Numbered from the stretch's first letter, positions 8,158 to 14,613 are shown. The stretch: DNA of 14,613 nt from Candidatus Undinarchaeota archaeon (GCA_964567575.1 CAZMMZ010000012.1:1-14613), one strand, 5' to 3'. Translations and numbers: made by a program. Notes: generated by a model not told the origin, from the letters alone.

Positions 8158-9108
8158 TTAATTCAGTTTCAAAATATAAGTTTTCCCACGTTTTTCTCGA
8201 GTTACTTTTCCTTTCTTAATTAAATCTTTAATAGTGCGCGTGACTTTCGGTCGTGAATAACCAGTAAGCTGCGGCACATCTTGTTGCTTCAGCTTTCCTT
8301 TACCATTTTGTATTAATGTAATTATTTTTTGTTCATCATCTTCTAATAGCTGAGTTGGAATTTCTGCTCTGGATTTTCTGAACATTACTGCGCCCCATAA
8401 ACTTGAAACTAAAAAGATTGCTAATCCTCCAACAATAAGTCCAATCATAAAGAATGTACTTTTTCCTGGCTCTTCGTGAGTCACAGGTCTTACAATTGTT
8501 TGTTGTAATCCTCCAAGATCAGCTAAATCTCCTTTAACATCTTCTGAAGCTTCTCCAATAAGAATAATTCGTGTAGCACCGAGTCGAGTGATAGCGGTTT
8601 TAATCTCTTCAGGAAGTGAATCTCCTTTTGTAAGTAGTAAAGGACTGTTGTATTCTATTGCAGTATTCGCTGCTAGTAACAGTTCACCTGGATTTCCTTG
8701 TGTTACAACAACTGTTTCTGAATTGTCCCATAGTGTCATTGCTACACGCGCAGAGGTTCCATAACGGTTCCAGTCCCATAATCTAACTGTTTCATACCCC
8801 ATTGCATTGAGTTTCGTTTCTATGTCAAGTGGTATGGCTTCAACTCCTCCAATTATCAGTGCGTCATTGTATCCTTGTTCATTATAGCCTGCAAGCTCGT
8901 CTTTTAGTTCATCAATAAGCCATCCAGTTGTGACTGTGACCATTGGAATCGCCGCTTTACTGGTGTATGCCTGTGCAACAAGCATGTCAACAGGGATATC
9001 TCCTCGTACAACAACAAGATCAAAGTTGCTTTGCGCAAAAGCGCAAGCTGGCAAAGCAATGAGAATTGCCAGTGTTATAAGTAAAAGATGATTGCATTTC
9101 GATTTCAT
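8158..9108 (-). CDS. Type I membrane protein: signal peptide + two cell-wall-binding-repeat-2 (CWB2)-like repeats + TM helix + C-terminal winged HTH (COG2512/MarR-like)
   Basis: Signal peptide at aa 1-25 (AFA|Q). CWB2-like motifs LIIGGVEAI..IE..L, RL...NRYGTSARVA and PLLLT.GDSLP.EIK.AI.RLGATRIILIG. TM helix at aa 219-243 followed by RKSR. The wHTH reads LEDDEQKII.LIQNGKGKLKQQDV...TGYSRPKVTRTIKDLIKKGKVTREKRGKTYILKL. Confidence 0.75.
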   Translation of the reverse strand: MKSKCNHLLLITLAILIALPACAFAQSNFDLVVVRGDIPVDMLVAQAYTSKAAIPMVTVTTGWLIDELKDELAGYNEQGYNDALIIGGVEAIPLDIETKLNAMGYETVRLWDWNRYGTSARVAMTLWDNSETVVVTQGNPGELLLAANTAIEYNSPLLLTKGDSLPEEIKTAITRLGATRIILIGEASEDVKGDLADLGGLQQTIVRPVTHEEPGKSTFFMIGLIVGGLAIFLVSSLWGAVMFRKSRAEIPTQLLEDDEQKIITLIQNGKGKLKQQDVPQLTGYSRPKVTRTIKDLIKKGKVTREKRGKTYILKLN

Positions 9109-9132
9109 ACGATTTCATTATTATGAAATCGT
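9100..9132. promoter_or_regulatory. Perfect 10-bp inverted repeat ACGATTTCAT-tatt-ATGAAATCGT (9109-9132) plus a third half-site at 9100-9108; candidate operator
   Basis: Read directly from the sequence. It lies between a minus-strand TATA box (TTTTATATA, 9147-9139) and the start codon (9108) of the CWB2-TM-wHTH gene. Confidence 0.6.
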
Positions 9133-9180
9133 TATTGGTATATAAAATTAGTGGTTAATAGTCTAAATCAAAATCTTTTT

Positions 9181-9543
9181 TCAATAGTTTTTCGATAAGG
9201 TCATTTGTATTTCTTTTTTTAGTAATGAACAGCCAATTTCTAAAAAAGAAACTATTTTTCCATTTACTTCAGCTACAAGGACACGGCTTCTTCCTGTTTT
9301 AATTAATTCTTCTTTAAAGCCTTTCCCTCCTCCATACACTCCTTGTTTTTCTAGAAGTTCTAATATTTCTTCGTCATATTCTCCCTCTACCATTCTTTCA
9401 AAGAATACATTTGCCATATTTGTTATTATTTCTATTTCTTTTGGTTCTTGTCGCATAAATCTTATAATTGCTGTGCTTCCATCTTTTAATGTAGCTTCCC
9501 AATCACCACGTACTTTTTTCTTTTTCTTGTTTTTCTTACTCAT
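9181..9543 (-). CDS. Small GNAT-like protein, N-terminal half only (possible truncated gene)
   Basis: TLKDGSTAIIRFM and RVLVAEVNGKIVSFLEI match GNAT strands beta1 and beta2/beta3, but the ORF ends before any acetyl-CoA-binding (Q/R)xxGx(G/A) motif. ATGA overlap with the upstream GT4 suggests it is translated. Confidence 0.5.
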   Translation of the reverse strand: MSKKNKKKKKVRGDWEATLKDGSTAIIRFMRQEPKEIEIITNMANVFFERMVEGEYDEEILELLEKQGVYGGGKGFKEELIKTGRSRVLVAEVNGKIVSFLEIGCSLLKKEIQMTLSKNY

Positions 9544-10481
9544 TTCTTTAATTTCTTCTCCAAAGCATCTGCAAGTTCACCTATAACTTCTGGTTGTACA
9601 AGTATACATTTTTTTGTATTGCCAACAACTTCTTGCACACCACCAATATCAGAGGCAATGCAGGGTGTGCCGCATGCTATTGCTTCTGCAAGCGCAAGAC
9701 CATATCCTTCAGATCGTGAAGATAAAACAAATAATTCAGATTCATTTAGAAGTTCTGGAATATCTTTACGTTCTCCTAAAAATTCTACACGATCTTTTAA
9801 TTTATTTTTCCGGATTATTGAATAAAGTTTTTTAAGATAATGATGACTTGCAATTCTTCCAGCAATTTTGAGATTGTATGCTGGATATTTGTCAGCTACT
9901 CGTGCAAATGCTTTCAAAAGAATATCATAACCTTTGCGCTCGTAAACACTGCCAACTGCAATGATTTGTTTTTTCCTTTTTATTCCAGGTATGCGTTTGA
10001 ATTCAGGTCCAATCTTATTTCGTTTTATTTGCACAGATTGGTTTGTTATACCAGAGCTTTCGATTTTCCGCTTCAATGCTCGGCTTACTACATAAACTTC
10101 CTCAGCGTTCTGCAGAGCTTTCTTCGTGAGCCATTTGTGTGGCCATTTGTTAAGATTGATTAGAATGTCTGAACCGTGGCAAGTTACTGTGTAAGGAATA
10201 CTGAAAATGAGTTTTGAAAGATAAGCAATGAATCCATATGTTGTTGCAAAGTGAGAATTAATTAAAGTCAAATTTTTACTGTGTTTGCTGATTTTCAGAA
10301 GTAAAAGAGGAATATCTTCAAAGAACGCACGCTTCTTAATTAAGCTAAGATTGTCTCCTTTTCGTGCTCGTTTGCTAGTTCCTATAAACAACCCTCCAAC
10401 TCGATCGTGCTCCTGTTTCGCTATCACTCCTACACCTTCATGCGGTGGTGGATAAGGTCCTAGTATTGCTGTAGTTTCCAT
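9540..10481 (-). CDS. GT4 family retaining glycosyltransferase (GT-B fold)
   Basis: Motifs PYPP..GVG, TCHGSDI, VGSVYERKGYDILLKAF and SRSEGYGLALAEAIACGTPCIASDIGG (E-x7-E motif). GGGGGAG SD-like sequence upstream. Confidence 0.92.
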   Translation of the reverse strand: METTAILGPYPPPHEGVGVIAKQEHDRVGGLFIGTSKRARKGDNLSLIKKRAFFEDIPLLLLKISKHSKNLTLINSHFATTYGFIAYLSKLIFSIPYTVTCHGSDILINLNKWPHKWLTKKALQNAEEVYVVSRALKRKIESSGITNQSVQIKRNKIGPEFKRIPGIKRKKQIIAVGSVYERKGYDILLKAFARVADKYPAYNLKIAGRIASHHYLKKLYSIIRKNKLKDRVEFLGERKDIPELLNESELFVLSSRSEGYGLALAEAIACGTPCIASDIGGVQEVVGNTKKCILVQPEVIGELADALEKKLKK

Positions 10482-10505
10482 TTCTCCCCCTAGAATAACT
10501 GTTAC

Positions 10506-10521
10506 AAAAACCTTTTTATAA
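10506..10521. promoter_or_regulatory. Single TTTTTATAA element in the GT4/serK divergent gap, possibly a bidirectional TATA box
   Basis: Preceded on the plus strand by AAAAA (BRE-like). It is 36 nt from ATG 10558 and 31 nt from ATG 10481, and both genes carry SD-like motifs. Confidence 0.4.
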
Positions 10522-10557
10522 CCTTCTCCTACCCTATTTCTACTTCTGGGGTGTTAA

Positions 10558-11430
10558 ATGGAGATATTAAAACGATTAGATAATGGAAGTGTCCTTGCGC
10601 TTGTGAACCTAGATAGGATCAAATGCCACGAGGACATAAAGGAGGATTATCTGGATGAGCTCTTTGCAATAATCGGAAAAGATGGAGAGTTATTCAGGCC
10701 TATTCTAGTTGCTAATCCTGATCTTGTTGTTCTTGATGGACATCACCGTTATCACACCTGCAAAAAGCTCGGCTGCAAGCGAATAACCTGTATTCTTGTT
10801 GATTATTTCCGTGATGATATTGAAGTTACTTCTTGGAGTCCTTTAGTATTGGAAAAAGAAGAAGCTGACCTAGCATTTGAAACAATCAAGAGCGCAGGAT
10901 TCGAAATCCAAGAAGTTGAAACAGAAGAAGAAATGCATAAAGCCGTTGACGCACGTGAAGCAGCAATTGGGTTAATTGTCCACGATGGGCCATTAGACTT
11001 TTTCATTGCAAAATCAATTGAGCAAGGCGATAACAAGAAAACCTTCAGTGAAGCCATGAAACCAATTGTTAAGGATATGCGTTCAAGACGAAAACTCCCA
11101 ATTCTAAAATACACAGCAGATTTTGACAAAGCAAAGCAAATGGTTGTTGATGGCACAGCAAAAATGCTTATCAAAGTTCCTGTAATTGCAAAAGAAAATG
11201 TTATTCGAAGATCAAATCTTGAAGAGAAGTATCCACCAAAAACCACAAAGCACATGCTTCCTGAAATTCAAGATTATCATGTTTCTTTAGAACGATTGAA
11301 AAAATCAAATCCAGAAGAAGATGTTGAAATGACTGACGAACAGCGAATCAAGGATGAACAACATATGAAAGAACACATGGAAAAAGAAACATTCAAAGCA
11401 TCAATTGAATACTGGTTTAATGATAACTAA
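10558..11430 (+). CDS. serK: ParB/sulfiredoxin-fold free L-serine kinase (SerK-like, ADP/ATP-dependent)
   Basis: The order and spacing of HE(24-25), P(I)L(V)A, DGHHR(60-64), VDYF..I.V.SW(93) and YPPKTTKH(225-232), plus the middle lid domain, match my recollection of Thermococcus kodakarensis SerK (PHE, DGHHR, DYF...TW, FSPKTTRH). GGGGTG SD at 10548-10553. Confidence 0.7.
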   Translation: MEILKRLDNGSVLALVNLDRIKCHEDIKEDYLDELFAIIGKDGELFRPILVANPDLVVLDGHHRYHTCKKLGCKRITCILVDYFRDDIEVTSWSPLVLEKEEADLAFETIKSAGFEIQEVETEEEMHKAVDAREAAIGLIVHDGPLDFFIAKSIEQGDNKKTFSEAMKPIVKDMRSRRKLPILKYTADFDKAKQMVVDGTAKMLIKVPVIAKENVIRRSNLEEKYPPKTTKHMLPEIQDYHVSLERLKKSNPEEDVEMTDEQRIKDEQHMKEHMEKETFKASIEYWFNDN

Positions 11431-11433
11431 TTT

Positions 11434-12654
11434 CTAAGCTCCGTAAAGTTTTTCTTTTCCAGCAAGATTCATTAAAATCAATAAAAGATCTGTTCCGCGA
11501 ATTCTTCCTACTCCCCCCTGCATACAATTCTTTTCATCAAATCCTCGCGATAAATCTACGCGAGTTGTAGGGCCTTTAATAACAAGTGGGACAGGGTCGC
11601 CTGAGTGCGCTTTCAAAGAGCATGGTGTTGTATGGTCACCAAGAATTGCAACAACAAGATTTTTGTTTGTTTCTCTTACAATTCCTCCGAGCTTTGCATC
11701 AATTTTCTCAATCATTTCTGTTTTCCCTTTGAAATTCCCATCATGACTGAAATTATCAGTTGCTTTGATATTAATTAAACAAAAGTCGCGAGTTTCAAGA
11801 GTTTTCAATGCAAAGTCAAGTTTGCATTTGATATCAGTATCTGCTCCGCCAGTTGCACCAGGCACATTAATAATTTCCAAGCCCATTGATTTTGCAACAC
11901 CTTTTACAATTGCAGTTCCTGCAACACAGCTTCCACGAATTCCATATGCGTCCTCAACTGTAGAATTTTCATGATAAACTCCAGCTCCGCGCAAAAGCAA
12001 AGCATTTGCAGGGGGCAATTTATCGCGTTTTCTTTCTGCATTAAGTTTGCATTCTTCCAAAGCTTTTTGAGCAAGATCAGAAAATTTATTGACAATTGAT
12101 GCTGAACTAACAGATTCCTTTGATTTGTCAAGTGAGTTGCACTTTCGTATTGGAACTTCAGTTTTGTGCGGATCTGTGCTTGTAATCTGGTCAGAGAATT
12201 TCTTTCCGCGCAGAACAAGAACTCCACGATGGTCTACTGTTTGTTTGAATTCGAAGTTGCAAGGAAGTTTAATATCATTAATTGCTTTTTCAAGTTCAGA
12301 AAGGTTTCCTGAAATTCTACCAGCTCTGCGATCTTCAATTTTATTTGTGCGAGATTCAAGTGTTGCAAAATTAGTTCGGAAGCAAAGGTCACCTTCTTTC
12401 AGTGTAAGACCAGCGCCAAGCGCTTCATACGGCCCGCGGCCCATGTAAACTTCATACGGGTTAAAACCAAGAAGTGATATGTGAGCAGTATCAGATCCAG
12501 GAACTATTCCTGGTCGTATTGGATCAACTAATCCAGTCATCCCCTCTCTAGCAAGGGAATCCATATTCGGGGTTTTCGCAGCCTCAAGAGGTGTGCGCCC
12601 ACGTTTGTCTGGTCGGTCACCAAGACCATCCAGCACGAGCATTAGAAACTTCAT
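11434..12654 (-). CDS. apgM: 2,3-bisphosphoglycerate-independent phosphoglycerate mutase, archaeal type
   Basis: Motifs LVLDGLGDRP, TPLEAAKTPNMD, PGSDTAH (catalytic Ser), GRGPYEALG, FRTNFAT, DRRAGRI, KATDNFSHDG, GDHTTP, HSGDPVP and a C-terminal YGA. Confidence 0.93.
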   Translation of the reverse strand: MKFLMLVLDGLGDRPDKRGRTPLEAAKTPNMDSLAREGMTGLVDPIRPGIVPGSDTAHISLLGFNPYEVYMGRGPYEALGAGLTLKEGDLCFRTNFATLESRTNKIEDRRAGRISGNLSELEKAINDIKLPCNFEFKQTVDHRGVLVLRGKKFSDQITSTDPHKTEVPIRKCNSLDKSKESVSSASIVNKFSDLAQKALEECKLNAERKRDKLPPANALLLRGAGVYHENSTVEDAYGIRGSCVAGTAIVKGVAKSMGLEIINVPGATGGADTDIKCKLDFALKTLETRDFCLINIKATDNFSHDGNFKGKTEMIEKIDAKLGGIVRETNKNLVVAILGDHTTPCSLKAHSGDPVPLVIKGPTTRVDLSRGFDEKNCMQGGVGRIRGTDLLLILMNLAGKEKLYGA

Positions 12655-12701
12655 TGTATTGCCTTTTAGTGGTTATATTACAAAGGTGTTTAAATAGGAT
12701 A

Positions 12702-12723
12702 TTATTGTCTATATGGACAATAA
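12702..12723. promoter_or_regulatory. Near-perfect 22-bp palindrome TTATTGTC-TATATG-GACAATAA upstream of the apgM TATA box; candidate transcription factor site
   Basis: Perfect 8-bp arms in the intergenic gap, 5 nt upstream of a minus-strand TATTTAAA (12696-12689). Confidence 0.45.
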
Positions 12724-12745
12724 ACATGTGAATAAAAAAGAGATT

Positions 12746-14251
12746 TCATTCAATCTCTTCCAGAATAACTCCACCAAGATCAACACCAGGAGTTTTGCTA
12801 GCAATCTCAAGAGCTTCTTTTAATTTTTCTTTGCTCTTAGCATAAATTGTGTAAAGCACATCTCCTATGTGAACTTCCTGTCCAACATTAACATATTTGT
12901 AAATGCCTGCGCTCTTGTCTTTTGGTGCACCTGCAGTTTTTGCAATTCGAGAAATAGTTTTGTTATCAATGTGTTTAATCTTTCCAGTTCCTTTTGATTT
13001 CACATCTACTTTTTCCGGGCCAATTTTAATATCATCTGGTTTGATTTTAGGGTTTCCGCCTTGCGCTTTTATAATCTCACGCATTTTCTTGTCAGCTTTT
13101 CCACTGCGGAGAATTTCAATAGCCATTTCACGGCCTTTGCCTTCTTTTGCTTTTCCAACCATTTCAAAAAGTTTTCCAGCAATATCACATGATTTATCAA
13201 CAAGCTCTTTTGAACCTTCTCCTTTCAAAGCATTCAAAACATCTTTTGCTTCAAGAGCCGGGCCGATTCCATTTCCAATTGGCGCGCTTCCATCAGTTAC
13301 AATACAATCAACTTTAATTCCGATTTTGTCACCAAGTTCAATGAATTTGTGAGCAAGATCTTTTCCAGTATTAATATCTCCAATCTTCGCACCTTTTCCA
13401 ACTGGAATATCAATAACAACATAATCTGAGCCAACGGATTTTTTCTTTGCCATAATTGAAGCAAGAAGCATTCCTTGTGGATCAAGAGAAAGTGGATGCC
13501 TGACACGAATTATCTTGTCATCAGCAGGAGCGAGATTAACTGCACCTGTCCAAACAATACACCCTCCACTACTTTTCACAATACTTTGAATTTTCTTAAC
13601 AGAATGATTAACAGGACACAACACTTCCATAGTGTCTGCAGTTCCTGCTGGGCTTGTAATAGAACGCGAACTTGTTTTTGGCATTTTCAAACCAGCAGAA
13701 GCAACAATTGGGACAACTAACATTGTTGTTCTGTTTGCTGCAACACCGCCAATACAATGTTTATCAACAACATGATCCCCAAAATCGATATGCTCCCCTA
13801 TATTTACAATTGCATTTGTAAGTGCAGCAGTTTCATTCATGCTGTAGCCGCGGATATAAGACGCTGCAACAAAAGTGCTTAATTCAACATCACTCAAATT
13901 TTCATTAACAACATCCTTAACAATTGCTTCCATTTCTTTTGAATTGAGTTCACTTCCATCCAATTTCTTTTTGATAAATTGAACAGATGCTGGTTTCTCT
14001 GCTACTTTAACTTTGACAATACTTCCTTCTTTAGCTCCAATATCTTTTCTTGCTTCATCAAAAAGACCAATATGTCCTTTACCAATTCCATCGTCAGAAA
14101 GATCAAGAATCGCTGTAATACTTTTCTTTCCACAAGAAATCAAAACACGATCAGACATGTGAACTGAAAGTTCTTCAGCATCATCCCTGTGCAGAATTAC
14201 AATTGCCTTTCCGGCTTCAATCTTCAAAGATTTTGCTTTTAATTTTAGCAT
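12746..14251 (-). CDS. deoA: AMP phosphorylase (nucleoside monophosphate phosphorylase, thymidine phosphorylase family, archaeal type)
   Basis: 501 aa including the N-terminal extension domain. Motifs VDKHCIGGVAANRTT, PKTSSRSITSPAGTAD, LAPADDKIIRV..PLSLD, SIMAKKKSVG and GIGPALEAKD, and C-terminal GAPKDKSAG. Confidence 0.92.
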   Translation of the reverse strand: MLKLKAKSLKIEAGKAIVILHRDDAEELSVHMSDRVLISCGKKSITAILDLSDDGIGKGHIGLFDEARKDIGAKEGSIVKVKVAEKPASVQFIKKKLDGSELNSKEMEAIVKDVVNENLSDVELSTFVAASYIRGYSMNETAALTNAIVNIGEHIDFGDHVVDKHCIGGVAANRTTMLVVPIVASAGLKMPKTSSRSITSPAGTADTMEVLCPVNHSVKKIQSIVKSSGGCIVWTGAVNLAPADDKIIRVRHPLSLDPQGMLLASIMAKKKSVGSDYVVIDIPVGKGAKIGDINTGKDLAHKFIELGDKIGIKVDCIVTDGSAPIGNGIGPALEAKDVLNALKGEGSKELVDKSCDIAGKLFEMVGKAKEGKGREMAIEILRSGKADKKMREIIKAQGGNPKIKPDDIKIGPEKVDVKSKGTGKIKHIDNKTISRIAKTAGAPKDKSAGIYKYVNVGQEVHIGDVLYTIYAKSKEKLKEALEIASKTPGVDLGGVILEEIE

Positions 14252-14272
14252 TTGTTTGTCCTATTTGTGAAA

Positions 14273-14332
14273 GGCATCTGGTATCTGGCTTCGGGTATCA
14301 GGCCTGATCCCTGATGCCCGATACCTGTTACC
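14273..14332. repeat. GC-rich heptamer-repeat palindrome: 4 x GGYWTCN, then GGCC, then 4 inverted heptamers; core 12-bp hairpin 14291-14321
   Basis: Left arm GGCATCT GGTATCT GGCTTCG GGTATCA GG; right-arm reverse complement GGTAACA GGTATCG GGCATCA GGGATCA GG (23/30 identical). TCGGGTATCAGG pairs with CCTGATGCCCGA around a 7-nt loop with one non-canonical pair. Confidence 0.75.
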
Positions 14333-14613
14333 TAATTCATTAAACTTATTTTTATTGTTGAAACATTAACATTCTCATCTTCTTTGCTTTTCAATTCTTC
14401 AGTTCCAATATCAATATTGTTAATTTTCAATTCATTCATAAATCGCTTCCTTACAATCTCTGCAACATCTACAGCCCTGCTAATCGCACGGCCGCGAGCC
14501 TCAATGTGAACATCTTTATGTCCACTATTGAATTGAGTGACCACTGCTAGAACATAATTCATAACAGGTTTACTGCCGACAAATACGACGTTTTCATTTG
14601 ATTTTTTTACTGG
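14332..14613 (-). CDS. albA: DNA/RNA-binding chromatin protein Alba (5' end outside the window)
   Basis: The frame stays open upstream of the ORF-track ATG to the window edge: [29 protein letters not shown]...[20 protein letters not shown]...IGTEEL...NVSTIKI, which is the Alba signature. Confidence 0.95.
   Translation of the reverse strand, partial: PVKKSNENVVFVGSKPVMNYVLAVVTQFNSGHKDVHIEARGRAISRAVDVAEIVRKRFMNELKINNIDIGTEELKSKEDENVNVSTIKISLMN

Noticed and set aside
10558-11430. Interpretation as a plasmid or chromosome partition protein ParB, implying a mobile element
   Set aside because: There is no ParA neighbour, HTH/dimerisation domain or replication genes, while the HE, SW and PKTTKH motifs fit SerK-type kinases.
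11434-12654. ApgM as the proposed homoserine-kinase-like paralogue or a phosphoserine phosphotransferase
   Set aside because: Length, motifs and the C-terminal YGA fit ordinary archaeal iPGM, and there are no threonine-pathway neighbours. It cannot be fully excluded without a phylogeny.
12742-12750. GATTTCATT, matching the 9111-9119 half-site, at the AMP phosphorylase stop codon
   Set aside because: It is a single unpaired AT-rich 9-mer overlapping coding sequence and is easily explained by chance.
577-14167. Many short antisense or alternative-frame ORFs in the track (e.g. 577-789, 3019-3225, 3366-3644, 4218-4582, 5643-5849, 6246-6983, 7176-7454, 9614-10163, 10803-11255, 11765-12448, 12903-14167)
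   Set aside because: All lie fully inside well-supported genes and show no recognisable motifs, as expected for shadow ORFs.
14273-14332. Heptamer array as a CRISPR repeat, tRNA fragment or IS end
   Set aside because: No repeat-spacer structure, no cloverleaf or T-loop motif, and no transposase or target-site duplication nearby.

Overview
Archaeal chromosomal window that is AT-rich and very tightly packed, with archaeal TATA/BRE-type promoters and no mobile element, CRISPR array or RNA gene visible. The lineage cannot be assigned from the sequence alone. Positions 1-10481 hold a cell-envelope glycosylation cluster: the 3' end of an NAD-dependent epimerase, a GT-C (ArnT/PMT-like) transferase, a UPF0104 flippase-like protein, two GT2 polyprenol/dolichol-phosphate sugar synthases (one coupled to a DUF2304/GacJ-like protein), a GlmM/PMM-type phosphohexomutase, an AglH/MraY-like GlcNAc-1-P transferase coupled to DUF354, a GT4 and a half-GNAT ORF. 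Inside the cluster is an unusual type I membrane protein (signal peptide, two CWB2-like repeats, one TM helix, cytoplasmic winged-HTH) with a perfect 10-bp inverted repeat over its own promoter. Positions 10558-14613 are metabolic: a SerK-like free serine kinase, ApgM phosphoglycerate mutase, AMP phosphorylase and a 5'-truncated Alba. A GC-rich heptamer-repeat palindrome lies between alba and the AMP phosphorylase gene. The best candidates for new biology are the glycan-sensing membrane-tethered regulator with its operator, and the SerK/ApgM/AMP phosphorylase cluster centred on 3-phosphoglycerate. All family calls come from motif recognition by eye; no database searches were run.
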